In this document: one piece after another, positions 9,607 through 18,581 of the stretch
How positions within the stretch are numbered: position 1 is the first letter of the stretch
Layout of the letters: every line of letters begins with the position of its first letter
Virus record (IMG/VR): IMGVR_UViG_3300036791_000797
Span: 20,646-84,645 of that record
DNA: 64,000 bases
DNA from: a virus
Reading direction: 5' to 3' (one strand)
The notes under the pieces: generated by a model
Databases searched by the model: none
The model's input: the letters and a program-made list of their open reading frames with translations, nothing else
Told to the model about the DNA's origin: nothing
Made by a program: the position numbers and the translations under genes

Positions 9607-12076
9607 CCCGACCGAGACCCCCGAGCAGGTAGTGGCCCGCGTGGCGGCCACCGTGGCCAAGGTCACCCACCTGTACGAGAAGGGCCACAGCCCGCCGGGC
9701 CAGTACTCCACCGCCGCCCCGGCCTCCGCCGAGCAGGAGGTCTACAAGGCCTACCGGGACCTGCTCGATGACCGGCTCATGTTCCCCAACAGCCCGACCT
9801 GGACCGGGGCCGGGACCCCGCTGGGCCAGCTATCGGCCTGCTTCGTGCTGCCCATCGATGACGACCTGGGTCGGGAGCGGGCCGGGATCTACTCCACCCT
9901 GCGGGACGCGGTGCTGATCCAGCAGACCGGCGGCGGCAACGGTTTTGACTTCTCCCGCCTGCGCCCAGCCAACGCCGTGGTGTCGCGATCCATGGGCCGG
10001 GCCTCGGGGCCGGTGGGCTTCCTGGGCAGCTATGACGCCGTGTTCGGCACCATCGCCCAGGGTGGCTCGCGCCGGGGGGCCAACATGGCCGTGCTGCGTT
10101 GCGACCATCCCGACGTGACTCGCTTCATCCGGGCCAAGATCGAAGAGGGCAAGATCTCCAACTTCAATATCTCGGTGGCCGTCACCGAGGACTTCATGAC
10201 CGCGGTGCAGGAGGAGGCCGAGTTCGACCTGGTCTATAAGGGCCGGGTCTATGAGACCATCAAGGCCGGTGATCTCTTCGCGGAGATCGCAGAGGACGCC
10301 TGGAAGTTCGGGGACCCCGGCCTGTTGTTCATCGATCGAGCCGAGCGTGATAACCCTTGTCCACTGCATTACCACTATGAGGCCACCAACCCCTGTGGTG
10401 AGCAATGGCTACCGCCGTATGGCTCCTGCAATCTGGGATCCATAGCCTTGCAACGCTTCGTGAGAAACGGCCAGAACTCCGGCGAGGCATTCCTGTATTG
10501 GGAGGGCCTGGCCCAGGCCATCCACACCTCGGTCAACTTCCTCGATGACGCCATCGATGCCAACCACTACGTGGAGTCGGTGCCCGAGCTAGCCGAGATG
10601 GCCTTGAACGAGCGCCGCATCGGTCTCGGCTACATGGGCGTGGCCGACGCCATGGCCCTGCTCGGCATCCGCTACGGCTCTCCTGATGGGGAGGACTTCG
10701 TCTCCCAGGTCACCGAGTTCTTGCGCTTCCACGCCATGTCCGCCTCCATCCTGCGCGCCCAGGCTCGCGGGGCCTTCCCTTGGATCGAGGGCTCCATCTA
10801 CGACCCCAAGCTCATCTCCGGTCGGGGCTGGGGCACCGAGATTCAGCCCGGCCTATTCACCTGGTCACCGCCGGTTGGCAGCGTGGAGCATGTCCGGGGC
10901 TGGGGTCGTCCGGTGCTGGACTGGCACATCATCCAGGAGGGCATCGAGTCCTACGGCATCCGCAACGCCTGCCTGCTGACCTACGCCCCCACCGGCACCA
11001 TCTCCAACGTGGCCGACTGCGAGGGCTCGGGCATCGAGTGCTTCTTCGCCCTGACCTTCGAGCGCAAGGTCATGCAGGAGGGCCAGAACATCAGCCTGCA
11101 CTATGCCTCGGCGCTCTTCGAGCAGGCTCTGACCGGCCTGGGCTACGACCAGTCCCGTCGCCGGGCCATCGTGGACCAGGTGGCGGCCGAGGGGGGCTCC
11201 TGTCAGGCCGTGGGCGACCTGCCCCAGACGGTCCGCGACGCCTTCGTGGTGGCCGGGGACCTGAGCTACCAGGAACACATCCGCATGCAGGCGGCGGCCC
11301 AGGCCTGGGTGGACAACTCCATCTCCAAGACCATCAACCTGCCCCATGAGGCCACCGTGGGCGAGGTGGAGCATGCCTACCGGCTGGCCCACCAACTGGG
11401 CTGCAAGGGCATCACCATCTACCGCCAGGGCAGCCGTTCCCTGGAGGTCCTGTCGGCCCCGTCCGCCGAGGTCGAGACCATCCCCGAGCCAGTCAGCTTC
11501 GAGGCCCACGCCAACGGCTGGAAGACCATCACCCCCATGCCCATCCCGGTCAGCGCGGCCACCGAGGGCCTGCCTACCCGGACCTTCCCGGTCAAGACCG
11601 GCTTCGGCACCCTGCAGGTCTACGTCACCGAGCATCCCGACCACCCCGGCCGCCCCTTCGACTGCCGCATCTCGGTGGGCAAGCACGGCTCGGACAAGAA
11701 CGCCGACGTGGAGGCCCTGGCCCGCATGATCTCCATCGCCTTGCGCTCGGGGGTGTCGGTGGCGGCCATCACCGACCAACTCAAGGGCATCGGCGGGCGG
11801 ACCATGGACGGCTTCGGGCCGGGCAAGGTCCTCAGTGTCGCTGACGGCGTCGGCAAGCTCCTGGAGCGCATCTACCAGCCCGATCCCTCTCAAGCGCTCT
11901 TAGAGGCTCCTGGAGGCCTCTCCGGGCCTCCTGGACTCCTGGAGGCTGGCCCCATGGCTCTGGACCGGGGTCAGACCTGCCCGCGCTGTGGGGTGGCCTC
12001 CCTGGTCTACGAGGCCGGGTGCCTGCACTGCGATGTCCGCTACGGGGGTTGCGGGGATTTTACACGGTGTGATTGA
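9539..12076 (+). CDS. nrdJ: class II (B12-dependent) ribonucleotide reductase with C-terminal TSCPD-type/Zn domain
   Basis: PNSPT, LSACFV, RRGANM, TNPCGEQ, APTGTIS, SISKTIN. Confidence 0.92.
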   Translation: MELSSNARQIMDLRYSRKDEQGNPTETPEQVVARVAATVAKVTHLYEKGHSPPGQYSTAAPASAEQEVYKAYRDLLDDRLMFPNSPTWTGAGTPLGQLSACFVLPIDDDLGRERAGIYSTLRDAVLIQQTGGGNGFDFSRLRPANAVVSRSMGRASGPVGFLGSYDAVFGTIAQGGSRRGANMAVLRCDHPDVTRFIRAKIEEGKISNFNISVAVTEDFMTAVQEEAEFDLVYKGRVYETIKAGDLFAEIAEDAWKFGDPGLLFIDRAERDNPCPLHYHYEATNPCGEQWLPPYGSCNLGSIALQRFVRNGQNSGEAFLYWEGLAQAIHTSVNFLDDAIDANHYVESVPELAEMALNERRIGLGYMGVADAMALLGIRYGSPDGEDFVSQVTEFLRFHAMSASILRAQARGAFPWIEGSIYDPKLISGRGWGTEIQPGLFTWSPPVGSVEHVRGWGRPVLDWHIIQEGIESYGIRNACLLTYAPTGTISNVADCEGSGIECFFALTFERKVMQEGQNISLHYASALFEQALTGLGYDQSRRRAIVDQVAAEGGSCQAVGDLPQTVRDAFVVAGDLSYQEHIRMQAAAQAWVDNSISKTINLPHEATVGEVEHAYRLAHQLGCKGITIYRQGSRSLEVLSAPSAEVETIPEPVSFEAHANGWKTITPMPIPVSAATEGLPTRTFPVKTGFGTLQVYVTEHPDHPGRPFDCRISVGKHGSDKNADVEALARMISIALRSGVSVAAITDQLKGIGGRTMDGFGPGKVLSVADGVGKLLERIYQPDPSQALLEAPGGLSGPPGLLEAGPMALDRGQTCPRCGVASLVYEAGCLHCDVRYGGCGDFTRCD

Positions 12077-12236
12077 GGTCTTGGCTTTCCTGGCTCTGTC
12101 CCCCACTCTCTGAGCATGGCGTCGCGTTCTGCGGTTGATCGTCGGCATCCCCTGCTCCTCGATCCTCTTCAGCAAGTCCCTCAAGTCGTCCGCCGTGCAG
12201 CCGTGGGGGGTTATCGTCTTCGCTTCCTGATACTCC

Positions 12237-12965
12237 ATGACTGGTAGATACGTCGAACCACAGCTTGTTGTCCGGGAGCATCCGGCTACCTGGTCCGCCC
12301 CCATCCTGGAGGTCATCGCGGCTCGATTGCCCAAAGGGGCAATCGTTCTGGACCCCTTCGCCGGTACGGGTGGACTCAGTGACATTGGTCACATCCGCCC
12401 GGTCATGATCGAGATCGAGCCCGAGTGGGCCACCCAGGTCGTCGGCAATGCTCTGAGCTTGCCCTTTCGGGCAGGCACCTTCCTGTGGGTGGCCACCTCG
12501 CCCTGCTTCGGCAACCGCATGGCGGACCACCATGACAACCGGGACCCCTGCAAGCCCTGCAGAGGCACCGGCCTCCAGGGCGACCTGAGAGACCCCTGCA
12601 GGGCCTGTGGGGGCTCGGGGCTGTCACGCCGCCACACCTACAAGCACTACCTGGGCCGGGACCCCCACCCGGCCTCCAGCGCCATCCTGCAATGGGGCGA
12701 GGAGTACCGGTCCTTCCACACCGCCGCCTGGGCCGAGACGACCCGCGTCTGCGGAAGATGGGCGCACCTGCTCCTGGACATCTCCGACCACATCCGCGGT
12801 GGCGCGATCATGCCGGTTACCGATTGGCACCAGAGCGCCCTGGAGGGCCTGGGCTGGCTGTGCCTGGACCGCACCCCGGTGGATGTCCGCCGCCAGCGCC
12901 ACGGCCAGAACGGGGACCTCAGGGTCATCTGCGAGTGGGTCCTGGAGTTCGTCCGGGTGGGCTAG
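12237..12965 (+). CDS. amino-DNA-methyltransferase-like protein with inserted Zn finger
   Basis: VLDPFAGTG motif I, ATSPCF variant motif IV, two CxxCxGxG repeats; start uncertain. Confidence 0.65.
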   Translation: MTGRYVEPQLVVREHPATWSAPILEVIAARLPKGAIVLDPFAGTGGLSDIGHIRPVMIEIEPEWATQVVGNALSLPFRAGTFLWVATSPCFGNRMADHHDNRDPCKPCRGTGLQGDLRDPCRACGGSGLSRRHTYKHYLGRDPHPASSAILQWGEEYRSFHTAAWAETTRVCGRWAHLLLDISDHIRGGAIMPVTDWHQSALEGLGWLCLDRTPVDVRRQRHGQNGDLRVICEWVLEFVRVG

Positions 12966-13237
12966 CTCCGACCCTCCTCCTGGGCAGGCTGGTCCGAGCC
13001 CTTCTGGTCATCCTCCTCCAGCCGGGCCACCAGGTCCTCCTTCTTGCCGGACTTCGGCAGGTCCCGCTCGGCTAGCTCGTCCTTCAACTCCGCCACCGTG
13101 GACTCGGAGTAGGAGGATCCCTCCTGGGTCTCTGCTTCCGGAGTCAGGCCCTGCATCTCGGCACGGGCGCGCTCTTCGTCCTCGCGTTGTTTGGTAGCCA
13201 TCTGCTGGGCCACCTCTTGGCTCGTATCGTGGGTCAT
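12962..13237 (-). CDS. SAP-domain protein
   Basis: TVAELKDELAERDLPKSGKKEDLVARL. Confidence 0.75.
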   Translation of the reverse strand: MTHDTSQEVAQQMATKQREDEERARAEMQGLTPEAETQEGSSYSESTVAELKDELAERDLPKSGKKEDLVARLEEDDQKGSDQPAQEEGRS

Positions 13238-13261
13238 AGTCGTAGTGATACCCTCCGACCC

Positions 13262-13453
13262 ATGACCGACACCGCTCCTACCCCGCCTGATCCCGCCGCC
13301 TCTGACAGCCCGGTAGCCGACGATGTGGCCGCCGTGGTGGACTCCCTCAAGCAGCTAATAGCCACTGTCCAGCAGGAGTTCGACGCCCTGCGGGTGACGG
13401 TGCAGACCAAGATCGATGAGGTCCAGACCAAGCTGGCCAACATCCGCCAGTAA
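13262..13453 (+). CDS. small coiled-coil protein
   Basis: -10 TACCCT 7 nt before ATG. Confidence 0.6.
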   Translation: MTDTAPTPPDPAASDSPVADDVAAVVDSLKQLIATVQQEFDALRVTVQTKIDEVQTKLANIRQ

Positions 13454-13524
13454 GAGACCACTTGAAACGGTCTTAGCATCACCCTTTGTGTGGCGAGCCC
13501 GTGGTCCTGGGTAAAACCCCCGGC

Positions 13525-13698
13525 ATGGCACTTGGAATCGCTCTGATCATCATCGGCTTCATTTTTCTGGCCTTCCTGATCTTCCCCTTCCACGTCCTGC
13601 TGGGGGTGCTGGCGATAGCCCTGGGCATCCTGGACCTGTTCTGGGCGGGCCGGACCTGGCGAGGGGGCTACACCGGTCCCCGCCGGTACTACTACTAG
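13525..13698 (+). CDS. small two-TM membrane protein
   Basis: hydrophobic hairpin, C-terminal GPRRYYY. Confidence 0.65.
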   Translation: MALGIALIIIGFIFLAFLIFPFHVLLGVLAIALGILDLFWAGRTWRGGYTGPRRYYY

Positions 13699-13705
13699 GA
13701 GGACC

Positions 13706-13960
13706 ATGCCTGCCCAGCGTTGTCCCGGCTGTAGCGCTCCTCTGCCCGAGGAGCGTCACCGGGAGGAGACCATCCGCACCGAGAGCGGCTACCAGATCCC
13801 CGTCATCGTCTGCCCCAACCATCCCCGCGGCACCCTGACCATCGGCCCGCCCGAAGGGTTCCGCTTGATGGAGGACGACCTCCAGGCCCCCGGCGCGTCC
13901 GAGCCCCCTCCGGTGATAGAGGGGGCTCGGGTGGCTCAGGGCCGGGTCAGCGACGTTTAG
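13706..13960 (+). CDS. small Zn-binding hypothetical protein
   Basis: RBS GGAGG; CPGC, CPNH. Confidence 0.55.
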   Translation: MPAQRCPGCSAPLPEERHREETIRTESGYQIPVIVCPNHPRGTLTIGPPEGFRLMEDDLQAPGASEPPPVIEGARVAQGRVSDV

Positions 13961-15048
13961 ACCAGGCTGGCCACCTCCTCGGCGGCCTCTGCGGGGCTCT
14001 CAGGGGCCTCAGCATCGTCCTTGGCGTACTTGATGCCCTGGATGTAGTCGGCGGCCTCGGAGGCCTTGGTGGCGGCCTGGAGGAGCCATTTGGGCTCGTC
14101 GGCCAGCTTGCGGAGCCAGCCCTGCAGGTAGGCGGCCGAGTTGTCCACCGTCTCGTTGTCGATCCCGGCGATCCCGCACAGCATGGCGGCGGTCATCTCG
14201 GCCACAAGCTCCTCCTTGGAGTAGCTGGTGTCCCCGAAGTGGTGCATCTCCATGAGGTCCTTGCGGGCCAGGCGGCTGGCGTGGCCGGTGGAGTGGCCCA
14301 TCTCATGGAACAGCGTCGAGTAGTACTCCTCGGCCCCGTCGAACTGGTGGCGCTCGGGCATGCCGATGTAGTCGGCCGAGGGGCTGTAGTAGGCCCGGTT
14401 GCCGCCGTGGCGGACATCCACCTCGGTGTAGCCGGAGGCGATGGCCTCGGCCGCCTCGATGGGATCGAACTCCTCGGGGGCCTCGCCGGGGGCCGCGGGC
14501 AGGAGCTTCTCGGGCAACGTCTCGGCGGCCACCTGGTCCTGGTTCCAGACGTGGTAGGTCTTGAGGAGGGGGATGCGTTTGCGGCTCTTCTTGCCGGTGG
14601 CCTCATCGATCTCGGTGATGTAGATCTGGATCCACAGGGTGATCTCGGTGCCCTTCTCGCCCTTGCGGACACCGCGAGGGGTGGGATCGACACTGCCGTC
14701 TTCGAGGACCGGCGAGAAGTACTTGACGATGTCGCGGCCCTTGGCGTTCTGGCCGACGACGGTGCGGACCATGCCGCCCTGGCGCGCCCACTCGTTGTAG
14801 GTGCCCCAGCGGTTGGACTTGTAGCCCTTGTCCAGGGCCTCGGCCAGGAGGATCCAGGGGTTGATGCCCCGGTAGTTCCGGCCTGTCGAGAGGGAGATCG
14901 GGAACATGGACACGCCGTCCACGTTCTTCCAGGACCGGTGCCAGGTCAGACGGCCCTCGGCCACGATCTGGGCGATGAGCTTGTCGGAGATGTCGCCGTA
15001 CACGTCCCGGCGAGGCTTGGCGGACTTGGACTTCTTGGTGGTGGTCAT
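13957..15048 (-). CDS. ardC: ArdC-family antirestriction protein (ssDNA-binding N domain plus zincin MPTase)
   Basis: YRGIN, VRKGEKG, AYYSPSADYI, HEMGHSTG, EELVAE; leaderless start at 15048. Confidence 0.9.
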   Translation of the reverse strand: MTTTKKSKSAKPRRDVYGDISDKLIAQIVAEGRLTWHRSWKNVDGVSMFPISLSTGRNYRGINPWILLAEALDKGYKSNRWGTYNEWARQGGMVRTVVGQNAKGRDIVKYFSPVLEDGSVDPTPRGVRKGEKGTEITLWIQIYITEIDEATGKKSRKRIPLLKTYHVWNQDQVAAETLPEKLLPAAPGEAPEEFDPIEAAEAIASGYTEVDVRHGGNRAYYSPSADYIGMPERHQFDGAEEYYSTLFHEMGHSTGHASRLARKDLMEMHHFGDTSYSKEELVAEMTAAMLCGIAGIDNETVDNSAAYLQGWLRKLADEPKWLLQAATKASEAADYIQGIKYAKDDAEAPESPAEAAEEVASLV

Positions 15049-15084
15049 GGCAGGTACGTTAGCAAGGATCCTTAGAGAAGTCAA
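15049..15084 (-). promoter_or_regulatory. boxed leaderless promoter, copy 1
   Basis: TTGACT-tctctaaggatccttgc-TAACGT-N7-ATG. Confidence 0.85.
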
Positions 15085-15243
15085 GTCGGCCCGGCAACGG
15101 CTAGGCTCAGGCCAGCGCGGTAGTTAGCCCGTCTGGTCCTAGGCCCCCAGGCCCCGACTAAGTCCCCCATCGGGCATCGGGAGCGGCGAGTCTCGAAATC
15201 CGCGACAGGACCGGTCAAACGTGGGACGGTCCACCTACGAGAA

Positions 15244-15265
15244 GAGCCGCCCCGGAGGGCGGCTC
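15244..15265 (-). terminator. hairpin terminator
   Basis: GAGCCGCCC/GGGCGGCTC 9-bp stem downstream of 15286 stop. Confidence 0.55.
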
Positions 15266-15285
15266 AAGTGGGAGATAGTGGGGGA

Positions 15286-15678
15286 TCAGGACTGCTCGGC
15301 CCCGCATTGGTTGCAGTAGGTGGTCCAGCGCCAGCCGTCGCCGCTGTCGTCAGGGACGGCGTAGCCCTCCAGGTCGAAGAACCCGCTGAACAGGTTGTCC
15401 GAGTAGCAGGTGGCGCAGGGGGCGTGCGTGGGGCGGGTGACGGTCAGGATGGTGTCATGGCGCTCGATGGCGTAGCCCAGTCCCTTCAGGGCGTCAGCCA
15501 GGTCGTCGGCCAGGCGAGAGGCCTCACCGGAGTGATCCAGATCGGCGCTGACGGTGACGGCCCCAGCGAAGCCTTTGCGAACCCGCACGCCCTCGCGGCG
15601 GCGGTCGAAGGAGGGCACGAAGCCAGCCTTACGAAGCTGACGGCTCACGCCCTGGGCGGAGATCTTGGTGGTGGTCAT
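15286..15678 (-). CDS. hypothetical protein (MTTT start, C-terminal CxxC pair)
   Basis: promoter-defined start. Confidence 0.7.
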   Translation of the reverse strand: MTTTKISAQGVSRQLRKAGFVPSFDRRREGVRVRKGFAGAVTVSADLDHSGEASRLADDLADALKGLGYAIERHDTILTVTRPTHAPCATCYSDNLFSGFFDLEGYAVPDDSGDGWRWTTYCNQCGAEQS

Positions 15679-15714
15679 GGCAGTCACATTAGCAGGTTTC
15701 CTTAGAGGAGTCCA
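15679..15714 (-). promoter_or_regulatory. boxed leaderless promoter, copy 2
   Basis: TGGACT-cctctaaggaaacctgc-TAATGT-N7-ATG. Confidence 0.85.
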
Positions 15715-15855
15715 GTCGCTCCTGCTCAGCTTGAGTCCGGCCGGTGAGGGCGTTGCGGACTTCTCCACAGCGGGTGCAGGTGGTGGTGGATTGCCGCCAG
15801 TCCGCCCGGTTGGGCGGATCAGGGGCGGAGTCATGGGTGAAGGGCTCGCAGGGCA

Positions 15856-16185
15856 TCAGACCGTCACCTCGGAAAGCTCACGGGGCAGGCCGTGCCATTC
15901 GCGCAGTGCCCGCTTGTGGGGCTGGCCAAGCTCCTCAGCCAACCGGACGAAGGCGGCGTCGATGTGGCGCTGGGACCTGGTCATGGCCTCGTCGCGGGTG
16001 ACGTAGGCCAGACCCCTGATCTGCTGGGTCTGGGACAGGCCGACGCTGGGGTTGCCCTCGGCATCGACCAGCTTGATGACCGGCACGTAGGGGAACTTGG
16101 GGTTACGGCCCCGCTTGGCGGCCGAGGCGATCCCGAAGAAGTTGCGGGCCTGGAGCCCCTCGATGGTTTTCTGGATGGTGGTCAC
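15856..16185 (-). CDS. hypothetical protein (MTTI start)
   Basis: promoter-defined GTG start. Confidence 0.7.
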   Translation of the reverse strand: MTTIQKTIEGLQARNFFGIASAAKRGRNPKFPYVPVIKLVDAEGNPSVGLSQTQQIRGLAYVTRDEAMTRSQRHIDAAFVRLAEELGQPHKRALREWHGLPRELSEVTV

Positions 16186-16222
16186 GGGAAGACACGTTAG
16201 CAGGAATCCTTAGAGGAGTCCA
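16186..16222 (-). promoter_or_regulatory. boxed leaderless promoter, copy 3
   Basis: TGGACT-cctctaaggattcctgc-TAACGT-N8-GTG. Confidence 0.85.
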
Positions 16223-16223
16223 G

Positions 16224-17231
16224 TCAGTCGTCAGGATCAGTGTCCTCGGGCCAGGTCATGTCGGCCACGGCCTCGGCAATGGCCTGCGGCAGGGCCTGGC
16301 GCTCACTGAGCCATTCCCCCTTCACCTGGCGGCGGATGTCGGCATCGAGGTGCTGGCGGAACCATCGCCGGAGCAGGGCGTCCAACTCCGGGACCGGGAT
16401 ACCGTCGGCCTCGGCCTTGCCGTGATCGTCCAGGAGATCCCAGTCCCGAGCCTGCTGCACGGTCAGGGCCAGGCGCTTCCAGTCCAGCCACCCGCCCGGC
16501 CGGGAGGGGATCCCCTGGGGCAGCCAGCCGTCCGGCTTGGCCAGCCCGAACCACTTCTCCACCCAGGCCACCGTGTCGCGCACCAGGGGCCGGTAGATGT
16601 TCCTCTCCCCGGCGTCGTCGCGGTCCCCGATGTGACCGATGATGGTGGGGATGCCGCGGGAGGCGGCCTCTCGGGCGATGCGGGTCTTGATCTTCAGCCC
16701 GTCCGAGCCCCCGCCTGAGAACACGTTCACGCCATAGGGGGTCGAGATCTGGGTGATCCGGGGCATCAGATCGGCGGCCTCACACCACAGCACCAGGTAC
16801 ACGTCCTGGTCCTTCTGAAGGTTGGGCTGGAACTCCTGGGCTCGGGCCATGGTCTCGCTGGCGAAGTCCTGGGCATCGTCGTAGCTGGGGATGATGAGAG
16901 GGTCCGGCGCATGGGCGTCGGCCACCCAGGACTCGGGGATGATCAGCGCCCGGCGCAGCATGAGCAGGAGGTCCGCGACGTGGGTCTCATGAGCCTCCAT
17001 GTCCCCGAACTCCTGGGGCTCGGTGTTCTTCTTGCGGTAGGTCAGGCCGTGGCCCATGCCGGTCGGGCGCAGGTCGTAGAAGATCCCTCGACCACCACGG
17101 GGCAGGGTGCCCTCCCGCTCATGCTGCTGGTAGCGGGCGATGATGTCTTGGGCCAGAGCCTTCTGGCGGTCGCTGCGCTGGTCTCCATCGGGATCCCAGT
17201 CGAGTTGAGGCCCCTTCGGGCGCTCCCCCAT
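16224..17231 (-). CDS. TopoVI-A/Spo11-like TOPRIM protein
   Basis: RGIFYDL (candidate catalytic Tyr), LWCE, IGDRDDAG DxD. Confidence 0.65.
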   Translation of the reverse strand: MGERPKGPQLDWDPDGDQRSDRQKALAQDIIARYQQHEREGTLPRGGRGIFYDLRPTGMGHGLTYRKKNTEPQEFGDMEAHETHVADLLLMLRRALIIPESWVADAHAPDPLIIPSYDDAQDFASETMARAQEFQPNLQKDQDVYLVLWCEAADLMPRITQISTPYGVNVFSGGGSDGLKIKTRIAREAASRGIPTIIGHIGDRDDAGERNIYRPLVRDTVAWVEKWFGLAKPDGWLPQGIPSRPGGWLDWKRLALTVQQARDWDLLDDHGKAEADGIPVPELDALLRRWFRQHLDADIRRQVKGEWLSERQALPQAIAEAVADMTWPEDTDPDD

Positions 17232-17434
17232 CAGCCCTCCAGCCAGCGCTTGACCGAGTCAGCGAAGCGCTCGATGTCCTGCTTCATCTTCATGCCGGTC
17301 TCGGTGCGGTAGTACACCGTGCCCGTGGCCACGCGGGTGACGGTGCAGATGTCGGGTCGGGCCGTCCCCGCCTTGGGGGAGCCCTGGATGTAGCGGGCAT
17401 GCTCGAAACGCGCCCCGGCCTTGAGGTGGGTCAT
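17231..17434 (-). CDS. hypothetical protein
   Basis: overlapping start/stop chain. Confidence 0.6.
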   Translation of the reverse strand: MTHLKAGARFEHARYIQGSPKAGTARPDICTVTRVATGTVYYRTETGMKMKQDIERFADSVKRWLEG

Positions 17435-17637
17435 GACCGCCCCCGCTCAACGTCCTTGAGGGTGTAACGGCGGAACTCCCGAGCCGCCGTGCGGTACTCG
17501 TCGGCCCTGAACTGCATGCGCCGCACAAGCTCGCGCTTGGCCGGGGCGAAGGTCTTGAACACGTCGTCGCCATTGGGCTCTTCGTCGCTCTCGCGGATGC
17601 CGCCGAAGATGCCGTCGGTGTAGATCTGGTAGCTCAT
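17431..17637 (-). CDS. hypothetical protein
   Basis: ATGA overlaps. Confidence 0.6.
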   Translation of the reverse strand: MSYQIYTDGIFGGIRESDEEPNGDDVFKTFAPAKRELVRRMQFRADEYRTAAREFRRYTLKDVERGRS

Positions 17638-17912
17638 GGCCGTCCGCGCTCGATCACGTCGAGGCCGGTGTACCAGCCTGCTGGACGCTCATTGGAGCCC
17701 CGGTTGATCCCGGCGTGCAAGTGGTTGGGGGTCTGGCGGTGGTGGGCCTCGGCATGGGCCTGGGCCAGTTGGCCTGCGGTCCAGCTAGCCCGCATGGTGA
17801 GGCTCTGGTGGCGCTCGGCCAGGTGGGAGGCCAGGTCAGCCCGTTTCCCGGCTTTGGCGGCCCAGGCGGCCCGTACAGCGGCCTTACGGCGGTCGGTGGC
17901 GCGCTGGCTCAT
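17634..17912 (-). CDS. hypothetical protein (MSQRATDRR...)
   Basis: ATGA overlap with the shifted upstream frame. Confidence 0.6.
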   Translation of the reverse strand: MSQRATDRRKAAVRAAWAAKAGKRADLASHLAERHQSLTMRASWTAGQLAQAHAEAHHRQTPNHLHAGINRGSNERPAGWYTGLDVIERGRP

Positions 17913-18068
17913 GATTGACCCCACACTTCCGGCCATTGATCGGCCCGGAACTCGTCCAGGTTCAGATCGGTGTCGCTGACCTGGTACTCCAGGTCGGTGC
18001 ATTCCCGGCAGGGGCAGTTCCACAGGTCCACCGAGGGATCGTGGACAGGATTGGGGGGTGGTGGTCAT
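17909..18068 (-). pseudogene. small gene with +1 frameshift in a C6 run (or sequencing error)
   Basis: removing one C gives a GC3-rich frame MTTTPNPVHDPSVDLWNCPCRECTDLEY...GQS ending in ATGA. Confidence 0.6.
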
Positions 18069-18104
18069 GGCAGTCACATTAGCAGGTTTTCTTAGAGAAG
18101 TCCA
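18069..18104 (-). promoter_or_regulatory. boxed leaderless promoter, copy 4
   Basis: TGGACT-tctctaagaaaacctgc-TAATGT-N7-ATG. Confidence 0.85.
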
Positions 18105-18120
18105 GTCGCCCTGGGAAAGG

Positions 18121-18151
18121 GGAGAGCCCCCGTTGTAGGCGGGGGCTCTCC
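18121..18151 (-). terminator. hairpin terminator
   Basis: GGAGAGCCCCCG/CGGGGGCTCTCC 12-bp stem. Confidence 0.65.
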
Positions 18152-18404
18152 AGTCCAGGTGTACTGCGGCACTACGGTCCTGCCTGATCTCGTACCCGGA
18201 GCTTGGTCGCATCGCAGCCTGGCGGGCTCGGGAGCCCTCCCACTCTCTCCGGCAGGGCTGGCATCCCTGCGTACTCTGTGGTTTTGGTTGTCAGAGGTCA
18301 GTTTCCGGGCTCAAGCCGTTCGCGCCGGGGCTCGCATGGACTCGACTACCGCCACCAGGGGCCTCCCAGCCCCCGGCGCAGACGGTGCCATGCGTCGGTG
18401 AGAT

Positions 18405-18545
18405 CTAATCCTGGACCACCCGGCCCCGGCAGGCCCGCTTGGAGGCGACCCGCTTCTTCGAGGGGATGGTGCTGGCCCGCAAGGTGACCAGGGGGTTCAT
18501 GGCTCGCTTGGCGCGAGCCGCCTGAGGTTTGCGGGTGGTGGCCAT
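18405..18545 (-). CDS. 46-aa highly basic peptide
   Basis: promoter-defined start MATTRK... Confidence 0.6.
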   Translation of the reverse strand: MATTRKPQAARAKRAMNPLVTLRASTIPSKKRVASKRACRGRVVQD

Positions 18546-18581
18546 GACAGGTACATTAGCAGGAATCCTTAGAGGAGGCAA
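18546..18581 (-). promoter_or_regulatory. boxed leaderless promoter, copy 5
   Basis: TTGCCT-cctctaaggattcctgc-TAATGT-N7-ATG. Confidence 0.85.

Noticed and set aside
11900-12238. Minus-strand ORF MEYQEAK.. between nrdJ and the methyltransferase
   Set aside because: Overlaps the nrdJ 3' end and the MTase start; cannot tell from sequence alone whether it is real
15090-15243. Possible structured RNA upstream of the ardC promoter
   Set aside because: Only short GC stems, no promoter and no long closing helix; insufficient support
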